From: Octopus sinensis
Taxonomy: Eukaryota
Length of the DNA stretch: 64,000 bases
NCBI RefSeq assembly: GCF_006345805.1
Contig: NC_043013.1
Span: 10,292,001-10,356,000 of the forward strand
Direction: 5' to 3'
Below the pieces are notes generated by a model. It did not search any database and was not told the origin of the DNA. It saw only the letters and a program-made list of their open reading frames with translations. Within the stretch, counting starts at the first letter, position 1. Each line of letters opens with the position of its first letter. Made by a program: the position numbers and the translations under genes. Below, in pieces: positions 13,735 to 27,766 of this stretch.

Positions 13735-13950
13735 GAGAGACATGGTTTAGTGGTTAGGATGTTGAGCTTGTGATTGTAAGATTGTGGTTTCGATTCCTGA
13801 ACCAGCTAATGTGCTGTGTTTCACGTTGCTCCTGTTGCACAATGGGCAAAAAAAGTAATCCTGCGATTTAACGGCGTCTTGTGCATTTGGGGAATTTATA
13901 TACCAAGGAAACCGGAAAACCTACCCTTATGTGTCGGCATGACCCGATTA
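13735..13950 (+). mobile_element. Degenerate CORE-type SINE (family C)
   Basis: GGTTTAGTGGTTAGG..GGTTTCGATTCCTG head, TTTCACGTTGCTCC CORE-like part, GAAACCGGAAAAC tail as in the 45776 copy. Confidence 0.6.
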
Positions 13951-14163
13951 GGTGACCTTTACCTTTTTGGGGTGGGGGCTATAGCTTTTGGCTAACAAAG
14001 ACTTGTATGTATGCTTTCGTGTAAGTTTGTACGATGTTGTAAAGAAACTGTGAAATATATATATATATATGTGTGTGTGTATGCGTATGTATATGTATAT
14101 ATACATATATGTGTATGTGTGTGCATATGTATATGTGCGCACACACAGACATTGATATATATA

Positions 14164-14202
<39 letters not shown>

Positions 14203-14205
<3 letters not shown>

Positions 14206-14428
14206 CATTGATTAAACCTCGCTAATTAAATATTCAATCACCTGAAGAATGACTGTAACTCGAATTTTTACGAATTGGACAGCCATGAAACGATCGTAGT
14301 GTTATACTAATTATCTTTTTTTAATAATTTTGATATATATTTAAAATAATATAATTAATTAATCTTATGTATTGGCTTAAGTTTTTCTTTGTATGATTTG
14401 CCTAATAGTGGTTTTATCTCTAATTTAC

Positions 14429-14430
<2 letters not shown>
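14203..14430 (+). mobile_element. Short hammerhead-bearing element (family HH-B) between (TA)n tracts
   Basis: Unique ~230-bp insert flanked by (TA)n on both sides; contains a hammerhead motif. Confidence 0.55.
14237..14303 (+). ncRNA. Type-I hammerhead ribozyme (Penelope-like minimal form)
   Basis: CAC-CTGAAGA(14242-48)-ATGACTGT[22-nt loop]ACAGCCAT-GAAA(14287-90)-CGATCG-TA-GTG: intact core, 7/8-bp stem II, palindromic stem III ACGATCGT, GUA cleavage triplet, stem I CAC/GTG. Confidence 0.7.
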
Positions 14431-14508
<78 letters not shown>

Positions 14509-15253
14509 TGATATATAAAATATACGATGAGTTTTCGTCAGGGTGATTCAAAGTAATAAGTGTGTACTCTGTGTGCTCAATTGGTATGACACCAAAATTC
14601 CGGTATGAATTGCAGTTGAATATGCAATTTTGCGACTGCCTTTCTAAACGGCCAGAAGCGGCTTCCTCTTGAGCAGGTGTGTATTGATTAAAACAGAGAC
14701 AAAAAAGCAAACAATTTGGTAACACTTCACAAGAACATTTAATTTAGCTGTATAATAAAATATATTATAATAAAAAGGTGTATCTAATATGTAACAGCTG
14801 TTTCTAGAATATTCCAGCTATTGGAACACCATGCTGAACGAGGATTCCATTTGCCGAGCGAGGATTCCATATCCCAAGTATTCCGTCGTTAAAGAGGAAG
14901 AAGATAAACGGATGTACCAGCGGAAGAATGTTACCCAACAGTTATATTGATATAATTACAGTAGTAGTATTCATATTGTCTAAAAGGGGAGCTATCCAAT
15001 TAGAGTTCATTTAAAATATGTATTCGTGAGGTAAATCCCTGGAGATATGACTATATGTACGTAATCACAAACGCTGTTGAACGTCGATGCAGTTCACTGC
15101 TGTTGATCTCTGAATGAATCATCTCCAAAATTCTTGGCAACTTTGTGAAACATCAAACTCAAAATAGTGGAGATCTTTTTTTCTTTTTTGGTAGACACCT
15201 TAGCTTTATGACTAAGGGATACCTGCTCCTCGCACCCGTATATATATATATAC

Positions 15254-15341
<88 letters not shown>

Positions 15342-15534
15342 GAAGGGGTGCCTATATGCATACTTACATACATATATAGATTACATATATGCATACATAC
15401 ATATACACACAGAAACTACACATGTATGTGTATGTATGTGTCTATCTACATAATTATATATATAATATATATGACATATATATATATGTGTGTGTGTGTG
15501 TGTGTATGTATGTGATCTCTTGAGCACCACCAGC

Positions 15535-15728
15535 AAAAAATTTTTTTTCCTCTGTCTTCCCTTTTTGGGATCTTTCCTTCTCCTTGTTTCCGACGAAGAG
15601 CTCCGCTCGAAACGTTAAACCCTCCTTCCCTTCTTTCCTGAGCGTCAAATAATACTTTAATTGTTCCACGTCCTCGCGTTGCTGTGTTTTTTCTGTGTTT
15701 TTTTTTCTGTGTTTTCTTGTTTGGATTA

Positions 15729-15733
<5 letters not shown>
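15535..15733 (+). mobile_element. HH-A copy 2
   Basis: Homologous to the other HH-A copies; GTTT-CCGACGA-AGAGCTCCGCTC-GAAA-CGTT-AAAC at 15586-15620; followed by (TA)n. Confidence 0.75.
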
Positions 15734-15765
<32 letters not shown>

Positions 15766-15779
15766 CATATACATATATA

Positions 15780-15989
15780 CAGGGTGTCCCAGAAGTTGTG
15801 CACCATCCTGGTTTTTTTACAAGAATACACCCTTATTGATTTCAAAAACACTTTATTAAAATTAATCGTAACAAAGGCTCAAATTGAGCACCCTCTACAA
15901 TAAAACTTGCAGAAAAAATATAATAAAATAAAATGCTTTAATTATTTTTAATGAAAACCAGAATGGTGCGCGACGTCTGGGACACCCTG
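15780..15989. mobile_element. Tc1/mariner-type MITE
   Basis: TA|CAGGGTGTCCCAGA...GCACCAT..TGGTTTT / AAAACCAG..ATGGTGC...TCTGGGACACCCTG|TA: ~35-bp imperfect TIRs, TA flanks. Confidence 0.85.
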
Positions 15990-17545
15990 TATATATATAT
16001 ATATATATATACAAAATAATAATATGTATGCATACATGTCGTGAACTTGCCCCAGCCTCTTTTTTCATACTTGTAATATTTCTAATAATTCTCCATAATA
16101 ACGACATAGTTGTTTTACATGTCCTTTGAGCGTGTTTTATAGTTCATAAAACATATAAGAAAAATAAAGATTTCAAGTAGATCATTTATCATTAAATAAT
16201 TATTCAAACACAGTGGCCTTATGCCAACATGTGAAACCAGTAATAGCTTAAGATTATTTCTTTTTCTTTTTTCTGTTTGTGTCGTCTATAAACATATCAT
16301 TTATTAGGTAAATAGATGCTGATGGTGATCAAAATAATGTTTAAGAGAATTATGGAGCAGAAATTAGAAAGGGCGCTCTCATATTACTTAGTAAATGCTT
16401 ACTTTACGGCCTTGATTCACTGATAAGTCAGTCACGAAAGAGAACATAGATGTATACATATTCACACATATATACTGAAACCATCATAATAACCATATAT
16501 ACTCATAGAGATATATCCTGTCTCTTTTCTCTCTCTCCCCCCCTCTCTCTCTCTCTCAAACAGACACTTAGACAGAAGCACTCATATAGACATACATATG
16601 TGTGTGTATGTATGTATCTATTCTTCTTGCTATAGTTCAGAAGATTTTCGCAAGAATAAGCTTCAAACAAACTAAATGAGACAATCAAAATAGAAGCTAC
16701 ATAGATAATGATTTCCTATATCCAACACACATGCACACATAAACACAAAGACACACACACACGAACGCACATTGTATACAATATATCCGTGCGTGACTCT
16801 GTGGTAATTAGACAAACATGATTTTCACTGCATGAAGTAAATAAACTGAAATAATGAATTTCAAACAAATACATATAAACAAACAAAGGCAATGTGCTCA
16901 TATATACCTTGCAATAACTTTCCGGGACTACAAAATGTTTCCCAAAGAAAAGTCTTCTAGTAAAACATTGCGCTGTAAAGCAGCCAGTCACGGAAGGCTG
17001 AATATAAAACTATCTGATAAGCGCATATGTTAAGTAAAACACATTTGTTCGTTGTAACGTAATCAGGTATGTGTATATAAGTATCTTGAGGAATATGAAC
17101 ACAAAAGCGCTTCATATGTACCCAGATATTACAATAATCTACATGATTTACACAGTACACATTTCAATAACAAAGAATGCTCTCAATAACAGACAATAAG
17201 TACGTGTTAAAATTACATATAACGTTTTATATGTATGCGTATGCGTTTTAGATATAGAGTGTGAACGCACACGCACATACAAGTACTTACACTCAAACAC
17301 GCGCACGAACACACACACACACACACGCACAAACACACAGGCAAACACACACACGCGCGCACATACAAATAGATCCGATAGCAGAATTGAGAGAAGGGAT
17401 GCCTACTCTAGTTCGAAGTTGTTTCGTAAACTGTGTCTAGTTACGTCAACCACACTACATCGTCCACGACACATTTATAGATAAATATACGGCTATATCC
17501 ACATATATAAATGTGTATATAAGTTTATACACACACACACACATA

Positions 17546-18769
17546 CACAGACATAACAGAAGTAAATAGACACCATAGAAAAACATCGTTATATGTTGAC
17601 TCTAATTTGTAAGGTTCATATTTTTTATTTATTATCATTTTTATGCTTTAGGTTCTATGTGTGACTGTTTAATCATGCCATGTACAAAAGAAGCCTTGGA
17701 ACTGTCTCAATTTCATAGAGGCCGTATTGTTGGTCATTTTGATGGTGGATATAACGTAAAATCGCAGAAAACCTTGAGATCCCCCTTGCTACAGTTAACA
17801 GAGTGATTGTGCAATTCACCAAAGAGGAGAAAGAGTCCACATTACTTTGCCCAGATCAATCAGGACCCTGTGACAAGACACTTCTCTTTGCTAAGAGAAG
17901 TGTCGCAGATAATCCTCGCTGCAAGGCCTCTGACATAGCAGAACACGTTGATGTCAGTCCCAGAACAGCTGTCAGGTATCTCCACAAACTTGGTTACTAT
18001 GACAATAGCAGCAAGAAGGAAGCCACTTTTTCGACTAGCCAACATCAAGCGGCGGAAACACTGGGCCAGTTAAATGGTGGAGAGGCCACTGGAATTTTGG
18101 GACACCGATGAGGTCAGATTTGCTGTGTTTCCTGAAAGTGGTCGAGTGAGGGTCTGGAGACTGTAATCAAGAATTTGATGTGAAAATATTGCAGCCAACA
18201 ATGAAACACAGCAGCTATTTTATGATGGTCTGGGGAGCAAGTTGGAGCAATGATTGATCAAAGCTGGTGGAATGTGAGGGAAACATAAACTCAGTTAAAT
18301 ATTTGTCCGTATTGCAGAAAAGCCTCCTTCCAATCTCCTCCAGTGGTGAAATGATTAAAGAAGACTCTTTATGGAAGATTAGGCTGCTTGTCACTTGGCT
18401 AAAATGACCCAAGATTTGTTGGATGAGAATAGCATTAAAAAAACTTCCTTAGCCAAGCCAGTCTCTAGATATGAACCCTTTGGAGCACCCCTGGGACATA
18501 ATGGACAGGACACTTCATATAAAGAACAAGAAAGCATCTTTAAAGTCAGATTGTTTGAAATTACTGCAGGAAACTTGACAAGAAGATAATATTCGTCATC
18601 TGATCAAATAACATGCCTAATAAGGTCCTTGCATTGAAATATGCAAAGAGAATGTCTACAAAATATTAAACATTCACATTATAAGAATTAATGAATAATT
18701 TGAATTTATAAATCCAGATATACATAAATTTAATTATAGAGGTGTCTATTTACTTCTGTCATGTCTGTG
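17546..18769 (+). mobile_element. Full-length decayed Tc1-like DNA transposon (~1.22 kb)
   Basis: 29-bp TIRs CACAGACAT(A/G)ACAGAAGTAAATAGACACC with 1 mismatch, TA flanks, internal transposase remnant. Confidence 0.9.
17675..18669 (+). pseudogene. Tc1-family (DDE) transposase pseudogene
   Basis: MPCTKEALELSQFHRGRIVG start; VSPRTAVRYLHKLGY HTH-like segment; TDEVRF, MVWGA, ED*AACH and SLDMNPLEHPW (cf. SPDLNPIE) motifs; ends TKY*; several frameshifts and stops. Confidence 0.85.
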
Positions 18770-18773
18770 TATG

Positions 18774-18813
<40 letters not shown>

Positions 18814-18938
18814 CACAATCGTGGAATAAAATAAGGTACAAACTGTATATTAGAACAAACTATGGCCGATGAAATATCAGATTTAGATAAAATTACAGTG
18901 AGCAGTGTTTGGTTTTCCGAATCCCTGTTCTTGTTGTT

Positions 18939-19041
<103 letters not shown>

Positions 19042-20348
19042 GTGTTTGTGTTTGTGTTCGTGTGTGTAAACATGCACACGCACACGTATAATATATGACG
19101 TATGAAATCGAGATACGTAGCCATGCATGCTTATATATAAACGTGTACATGTTTGTATGCGTATGTTTGCCTATATCTCTCCGTCTCTGATTCTGTCTCT
19201 TCCTTTTTTATATGTCGGTTTGTCTGTGCATGTGTGTGCATTAGTGAATGAAAGTGCATTCGTGTACAAACTGATTTGAGCAATAGAAATCTTATATGCA
19301 TAAGTAAGTGTGAATATGTGACTTTATATTTATGGATAGGCATGGCATGTATACGTGATTTCTCTATATAAGTATACGTGCGTGCATCCGTAATATGCGT
19401 TTTCCACCACCATATATCTTAACACGCAGTGTCTTTGACTCATCATTAAATTATCCAATTAAAAATTGGGAAATGTATAAATAAATAGATAAATTATACA
19501 ATCCAAGAACTCTTTGCAATAAAGAGAAAGAAAAAAAGAAAGAAAGATAGAAAGAAAGGAAGGAGGAAAGAAAGTAAGAGAGATAGAGTAAGAGAGATAA
19601 AGAAGAGCTAAAATCTCAAAGATGTGAATGGAATGATATTAGAAGACTAATACAAAATTTTGATTTTGCATTCTCCATCTTATTTTTTTCATTTTCTTTC
19701 TTCCGTTCTTTCTAACACCTTTCTTTGTCTCGTCTCTTTATTTGTCATTAGCAAGAAAACAGACAGAAATCATATCAACAAAAGAAACAAGGAGTAGTTT
19801 TGCGTTGTAGCTAGTTAGTTAGCTTTAATAATCCTTTAGCTAGAAGAACTTCCATGTCTGGCGGCAGTATAAAGACAATAGCACATAAAACATGTCAGTT
19901 CTAATTAAAACTCTACTCCGTGACGACCTTATTGCATTTGGCGTGTTTAATTTACGTCCAGCATATCTGGTCTGACTCGCTCGATTTATTTTCGAAGTCT
20001 TTTGAATCCGGTTCACATGCTCACAGTATTCTATTCCATACTTCCCCCACCACCGCCACCACCACCACATATCATCCACCGTTGTTATTATTGTTATTGT
20101 TGTCATGGTTATTATTGCTTTTTGTCGTTGTTGATGTACACGTCGTTATTGATTTGGCAGAATCGGTAAAACGATGGGTATTTAGTTCACGTTTCTTTAT
20201 GCGTAGAGTTCGAATAGTGACTGGAGCCTACTTCACGTTTTATACTAATCGTGGTCACTGAAATATAGTAACACTTGAAATCTGTGTCGATCACAATTTT
20301 CTGTATCCTCACTACGACCAAATTAGTGATTCCTTGTATGTATGTATG

Positions 20349-20386
<38 letters not shown>

Positions 20387-20389
<3 letters not shown>

Positions 20390-20560
20390 GGGTTGGACAA
20401 CATACTGGAAACACCTTAAAATTTCAAACAAATTTATTTTAATATGGGGTAGGACCAATTTTGGCAGTAATTACAGCTTGAATTCTACGCGGTATGGACT
20501 CGTACAAAGTTTGAATTATTTCCAAAGGAATTTTTGTCCATTCTTCAGCTAAAACAATCT

Positions 20561-20563
<3 letters not shown>
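20387..20563 (-). mobile_element. 3' fragment of a second Tc1-like transposon in (TA)n
   Basis: Encodes EEWTKIPLEIIQTLYESIPRRIQAVITAKIGPTPY* (typical Tc1 C-terminus), followed by a TIR-like end GGTGTTTCCAGTATGTTGTCCAACCCGTG|TA. Confidence 0.8.
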
Positions 20564-20600
<37 letters not shown>

Positions 20601-20606
20601 TATATG

Positions 20607-20660
<54 letters not shown>

Positions 20661-20743
20661 TGTTGTGTGCGTGCGTGTGTGTGTGTGTGTGTGTGTGCGT
20701 GCGCGCATGTGTGTGTGCGCGCGCATGTGTGTGTGCGCGCGCA

Positions 20744-20775
<32 letters not shown>

Positions 20776-20791
20776 CAGTATACATACATAC

Positions 20792-20825
<34 letters not shown>

Positions 20826-20826
20826 C

Positions 20827-20891
<65 letters not shown>

Positions 20892-21266
20892 CAGAAAAGA
20901 TCAAATAAGAAAAGATATCGAAGAAAAAGTAAAGACACCTATAACCCTGCACTTGCAGTCGCGATCTGAGTAAAACAGACCAAATGGTTTGCCGGATTTA
21001 ATTACATACACATTTTATTCTGGACTCTTATACCGCGAAAGTTCAAACTTACCAGCAACATACTAGTATACAAGTAATTAACAATGCGAAATCATACTGT
21101 ATACTGGACACTAGTGTCTGAGATATTTAGGGATAAAATATTTAGGGATATTTAGGTATGTTTAGGGATAAAATGTAGTGCGTCCAACAATCTGCATGTT
21201 TTAGTTAGTTACCACCATTTATTTTACAATCTTATTGATGTAAATTTAGCCTATAATACCCCCTTG

Positions 21267-21480
21267 GTAAGGCAGTGAGCTTGCAGAATCGTTACCAGGT
21301 CGGTAAAAATGCATAGTGGCATTTCTTCCGTCTCTTGACGTTCCGAGTTCAAATCCGATCGAGACCAACTTTGCCTTTCATCCCTTCGTGGCCGATAAAA
21401 TAAAGTATCTGTCGAGTACTGGTGTCGATGTAATCGACTTGTTCTCTCCCTTCGAAAATACTGACTTTGAACCTTGCAAC
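21267..21480 (+). mobile_element. Family B SINE, degenerate
   Basis: GGCAGTGAGCTTGCAGAATCGTTA head; CTTTGCCTTTCATCCCTTCGTGGCCGATAAA domain. Confidence 0.7.
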
Positions 21481-21843
21481 GAACAGACACACTCGCTAAA
21501 TATCTTGACACAAAGACTGGTGGCGCTTACTCGCACGTTGCGGGATTTCTGAATATCTTCCAGGAAAATAATCCGATACAAATCTGCGTAGAAGTTTTCT
21601 TATCATCATTGATGCCATTAGAAAGAACCCCTTACGTTTCTCTGGACAATGCTGGGGAGCTAGGGAAGAAGTCGCAAGTGACATACACATATTGACATTC
21701 CGATATGAATATAAAAGAATCAATCTGCCGACAAGGAAAATGCTGCCGTCCAGTCTAAATCCCATACGAGATCCCCGTGATGGGTGAAGTGATTGAGTCG
21801 GATAAATCCAAAGAAAATCGATCAGAAGATGTGTTAATGATGG

Positions 21844-21892
<49 letters not shown>

Positions 21893-22483
21893 GCTGAAGA
21901 TGACGAGGACGTCAACGGAGGTGGTGATGATGATCACGATGACGACGACGAAGATGGTGATGGTGACGACCACGACGACGATGATGATGATGATGATTAT
22001 CATTATCATCATTATCGTAGTCGTCACCATCATCATCAGGATGGTGGTGGTGGTGGTGGTGGTGGATGTAATGTTTGTGGCGGTTGCAGTTAAGTTAGAG
22101 GTGACAATATTAGAGGTAGTGGTGGTAGAAATCGTGGTGGTGGTATTGGTGTTGTAGATGATAATGTTGATGATAATAATGATGGTGGTGGTGGTGGTAG
22201 CTATGTTATTGTAGATGATAATGATGATGATGATGATGAATATCGTGGTGGTGACGGTGGTGGTGGTTGTGATGGTGGTTTTCATGGTGGTGGTGGTGGT
22301 GATGGTGGTAGTGCTGATACTGATGGTGCTAGTTTTAGTGGTTTTAATGGTCATGATGTTGGTGATGACAAGAACGAATACTAAATACAATGCAAATATT
22401 TTGCGCCCTTTCCGTGTATAAGATGACAGGATGTTAAATTTGAAGACGCTATTCCTAGCACGCTGTATTGAATGACTACGTAG

Positions 22484-22970
22484 AGGAGCACTCCGTCGGT
22501 TGCGAAGACGAGGGTCCCAGCTGATACGATCAACGAAACAGCTTGCTCGTGAAATTAGCGTGTAAGTGGCTGAGCACTCCACAATCACGTGTACCCTTAA
22601 CGTAGTTCTCGGAGAGATTTAGCGTGACACAGTGTGTGACAAGGTTGGCCCTTTGAAATACAGATACTACTCGTTTTTGTCAGCTGAGTGGACTGGAGCA
22701 ACGTGAAATAAAGTGTCTTGCTCAAGAACAGAACGTGCCGCCGGAAATTGAACTCACGACCTTACGTAGTTCTCAGGGAGATTCAGCGTGACACAGAGTG
22801 TGCCAAGGCTGGCCCCTTTGAAATACTGGTACTACTCATTTTTGCCAGCTGAGTGGACTGGAGCAACGTGAAATAAAGTGTCTTGCTCAAGGATACAACG
22901 CGCCGCCGGAAATTGAACTCACGACCTTACGATCATGAGCTGAATGCCCCTAACCACTAAGCCATGCGCC
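22484..22970 (-). mobile_element. CORE-type SINE (family C1) with internal partial duplication
   Basis: Head GGCGCATGGCTTAGTGGTTAGGG, CORE-like TTGAGCAAGACACTTTATTTCACGTTGCTCCAGTCCACTCAGCTG present twice, tail ending ACCGACGGAGTGCTCC. Confidence 0.8.
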
Positions 22971-22999
22971 TTGACACTACATAGCGACACAACACACAT

Positions 23000-23054
<55 letters not shown>

Positions 23055-23638
23055 TACAGAGAATTAACTGAACTTCAGAAATTACGAGAAAAATTATATT
23101 CACTCCAACTACGCAGTAATCGAAGAAAAACTATAGCTTACCTCCCTTTGCTAAAACTGCATAATGGCCACAGAAAAGAAATAAGATATCAGAACAAATG
23201 TTATGAGATATTAAAGTTTACAGTTTAGTGAGGTATCATGAAGACAATCAGAAGAACAACTATCATCTAATGAATAAAAATGTACTAAGACATACATAAA
23301 GACGACAGTAAAAACATCAACTGGGTGAAGTGTTGTTGCTTGCTAACGGCTGTTTGGTTGTCTGTAGCTGTGTGATTTCTGTTTGTTTTATTCTGTTATT
23401 AGTGAATAACAGCGAATAACAGAATATAATATCGCAATAAAACCACCACTGTCAAGCGACCATAGAAATATGCATGTTTGTGTGTGTGTGTATGTATGTA
23501 TGCATATGCGTGTGTGCATAATTATAGATACTTACATACATACACACACACACGCATATATAAATCTATATACACACATGTCTCTCTGTCTCTGTCTGTT
23601 TGTCTGTCAGTCTGTCTGCCTCTCTCTCTCTCTCAATT

Positions 23639-23677
<39 letters not shown>

Positions 23678-23749
23678 TATATAGACACATAGAAATAGAA
23701 ATATATACATAGACTTACGTATATATATACACACGTAGATACGCACCTT

Positions 23750-23784
<35 letters not shown>

Positions 23785-26520
23785 ATGTTTATATATATAC
23801 ATATATATGTATATACACATACACACACATATATGAATACACATATGTAGGTATATATATACACATACACACGCATATATGTATACGCATATGCACGTAT
23901 ATATATACACATACACACACATATATGAATACACATATGTACGTATATATATATATACACACATGCATACACATATATGTAAACACATGTGTACGTATAT
24001 ATATATATATGTTTGTGTGTAAGTAAATGTATATGTGTGTATGTAGGTGTGCATGTGTGTATGTTCGCGAGAGTGCCTATAACACTTCATTCAACAAACA
24101 GCTCAGATCAAGTTGTAATAAGACGGTTATAATATAACAGTAAAATCATCAGTATCAAATTAGACGTCATGACATGGAAATTGAGGGAGAGAGGGGGAGG
24201 GGAGGAGCAGGAGAGAAAGATATAATGATATACATGCATAGAGAGAGAGAGAGAATGAAAAGGGGAGAGACAGAGATATAAAGTGAAAGGCGAGCAATGA
24301 GAAAGAAGCGGAGAAGGAGAGGAAAAATGATATGTAAATGGAACGAAATGGAAAGAAGAGAGAGACAGAGAGAGAGAGAGGAAAGTGGGAGGGTGAAAGT
24401 GAGAAAGAAGGAGTGAGAAACGGAAAGAGAGGTAAAGTGCAGGAGAGGTTGGGAAGAGTGATAGGAAGAGGGATAAATATAAAATGAGAAACGGGGAGAT
24501 CGGGTGAGAGGGGGAAATAAAGATATGTATATAGAAAAAGAAAATGAAAAGGAGAGAGAAATATATTTTTAAAGATACTAAAAGTGAGAGGAAGAGTGAA
24601 AGAGAGGAAGAGAAAGAAAGGACATATTAAGAGAATACATGGGAAGAGGAAGGAAAAGAGACAGACACAGAAGAGTAAGTAGAAAGAGCGATCCAGGTTT
24701 TATGGATGCAAGATTTGTAGAAAAAAAACAACTTGAGTAGGAAGTGTTAAGTAATGAATTCTTGAGGGAAACGATGGGGAGGAGAAGTACAATGAGAGGT
24801 GGAATAGGAATAAAGAAAGGCGAGGGTGGTTTTGTTTTGAAAGAAGTGAGTGGTGTCATTAAATAGAAAAAAAAGGTGGTGGGGGTTTGATGATGGAAGA
24901 TGGTGAACTAGGGAGAGAATTTTGGGGTGGGAGAGTGAGAAAGTTGAAAATGGAAGAGGAACTTGGAAGAACTGGACGAAGTAGGAGAACGGGAACGAAC
25001 TCCGTCCTTCTGCTTCTTCTATCCCTCCACTTCTATTCCACCTTCTTCTCTTCTTCTTCTTCTTCCTCCTCCTCCTCCTCCTCCTTCTCCACCTCCTCAC
25101 TATCATCAACTTCCTCATTAAGTTTTCCTGGTCGTCGTTCTCTCTCTCCTTCTCCTCATCGAAATCATCATCATCATCATAACTTGGATCGTGAGGATAA
25201 CGATTATCATCATCGTTGACGTCATTTCCGTCATATTTGTCGTCAATATCGGCATCCTTGTCTTTCTCTTCGTCCTTCTCATCCTCATCCTCTTACCCCA
25301 CCTCCACATCATCATCGGGACAACCACCACCACCACTACCATTATCATCATTAGCAGCTGGATCGCCGTCGTGGATATAAAACAAGTTTTACAGAACAAC
25401 TTTTAACTTCTTTTTGTTTTACTTCAGAAGTAATCCGACACCTTTTTGGGAAAGGCATCACCATCTTAGATCCTTATTTCTCCAATTCTCTACGAAATAC
25501 TGCATTCTTTTGGGCTCAGTTGAACAAAGAAATAAGCATATTTCACCACTATTTGTGCGCCTGTCTGAGAGCAAGATGTAAGATTTGAAACCGTGACCCA
25601 CACATAGATCATGTAGAGAAACCATTTCGTGTGACATATACACCCAGAAGAATGTGCTAGAGAAATAAATGATGATCACAACATCTTATTTCTGAAGTGC
25701 ACAATATAGAGCATTGTTCATCAATTTCATAAACATTGATTAAAACAACATCGAGAACCACAGAAAATATGTCGAGCAAATGAGGAGTGTCAACTAGGTG
25801 GACACATGATATGCTAGAACTAGTAGCTAATCTCAAATGACATCGTAACAACTTCAAAGAAACATGAAGGAAATAGCATATCTGCATAAAAGATGTTACG
25901 GATACAATGGAAAACTGTTTTACCATAGACGCTAGAATAATTGTGTTGTTAAAAAGTTCGATTCGTACGCAAATGGTTTCGGGTCCAAAACCACTGCAAA
26001 ACATCTTAGGCAAGAGTCTTGTATTGCAGCCAAGAGACGACTGTATGTATTCAGAGAAATACCGGTAAAGCAAGTACTATTTGAGAAAAATCTTGGTATA
26101 TTAAAATCATCTCCGACTCTCCAAAATGTGCCGTAATTACCAAATGACATTTATGACTATCTTCAATTGAGAAGGGGAGATAATCTAGAGATTCAAGCAT
26201 TCTCTAAGACTGACATGTCACTGAAGAAAAGGGCAGATTTATTGTCTGGAGATAGAAGGAATGACGTGAATACGGGTTTCAGGCTCAGTAGCCTTCATTA
26301 GCGAGTCATTTGTGCCACCTTATTTCTAATAGCCAATGAACTTAGAGTTATACTAAATAGGGTAATGAAAAGAAGAACTGTTATGATGTACGTAATTTAC
26401 GTGAATTAAAACAGATAAGTTAAGAGGAATAACAGGAAGTGACCAATAGCATGCATTTGAATAAGGTACACACATGCCCATAAATCAATTCTTGATTCAT
26501 TAAAATTATTGCCACCTGTC

Positions 26521-26902
26521 TTGCACTCCGTCGTTTACGACGATAGGGTTCCGGTTGATCCAAATCAACGGAATAGCCTGCTCGTGAAATTAACGTGTAA
26601 GTGTTGCTGAGCACTCCACAGACACGTGCACCCTTAACGTAGTTCTCGGGGATATTCAGCGTGACACAGAGAGTGACAAGGCCGGCCCCTTGAAATACAG
26701 GTACAACAGAAACAGGAAGTAAGAGTGAGAGAAAGTTGTGGTGAAAGAGTACAGCAGGGATCACCACCATATCCTGCCGGAGCCTCGTGGAGCTTTAGGT
26801 GTTTTCGCTCAATAAACACTCACAACGCCCGGTCTGGGAATCGAAACCGCGATCCTCTGACCGCGAGTCCGCTGCCCTAACCACTGGTCCATTGCGCCTC
26901 CA
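26521..26902 (-). mobile_element. tRNA-derived SINE, family C2
   Basis: Head GGAGGCGCAATGGACCAGTGGTTAGGGCAGCGGACTCGCGG; near-identical to the 33679 copy; flanking TGCCACCTGT direct repeat. Confidence 0.85.
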
Positions 26903-26956
26903 CTGCCACCTGTACAGGTATTGTAACAGACACACATACACACAGTGTATATATAT

Positions 26957-26987
<31 letters not shown>

Positions 26988-27004
26988 GGGTGGCTGCGTG
27001 GAGG

Positions 27005-27286
27005 CATAGACGTGGCTGTGTGGTAAGAAGCTTGCTTCTCAACCACATCATCCTGGGTTCAGTCCCGCTGCGTGGAACCTCGAGCGTCTTCTACTATAAT
27101 ATTTGGGCCGAAACTGAAAGAAGCACGTCGTATATATGTGCGTATGCGCGTGTATATGCGTGTATGTGAGTGTCTGTGTTTCTCCCATCCCACATCGTTT
27201 CAAAACCGGTGTTACCTTGTTTACGTCCCTGTAATGAAGCAGTTCCGAAAAAGTGACCGATAGAGAAATTAACCGACTACAAAGAA

Positions 27287-27319
<33 letters not shown>

Positions 27320-27405
27320 AGTTCTGGTGTAAATTTCTTTGATAGGAACCCCATCGAGGTAGCTCCACAGCATGGTAGCAATCCAATAACCGAAACAAGT
27401 AAAAA
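27005..27405 (+). mobile_element. Family A SINE, degenerate
   Basis: GTGGCTGTGTGGTAAGAAGCTTGCT...GGGTTCAGTCCCGCTGCGTGG head. Confidence 0.7.
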
Positions 27406-27550
27406 CAAACATAAACTCGTATAACGCAAGCCTAGAGTTAAACAACGTTGTCAAATCAGAAAACCTTGTGTATACATGCATATATATATTCATACATACA
27501 TACACACACACATACATACATACAGACATACATACATATATATACATATG

Positions 27551-27608
<58 letters not shown>

Positions 27609-27679
27609 TACATGCATCCATCTTTCCATACGCACTGGCATACATAAATATACTTACACACACACACGCACACACAATC

Positions 27680-27713
<34 letters not shown>

Positions 27714-27727
27714 ATATGCATATACAT

Positions 27728-27766
<39 letters not shown>

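Noticed and set aside
21490-21830. Possible second R4-like 3' fragment before (GAT)n
   Set aside because: Only a vague VEV..IIIDAI resemblance needing a frameshift; insufficient support
25430-26330. Non-repetitive stretch with ORFs of 72-138 aa
   Set aside because: No coherent protein similarity; a faint STRWTHDM motif suggests an old RTE relic but is too weak to call
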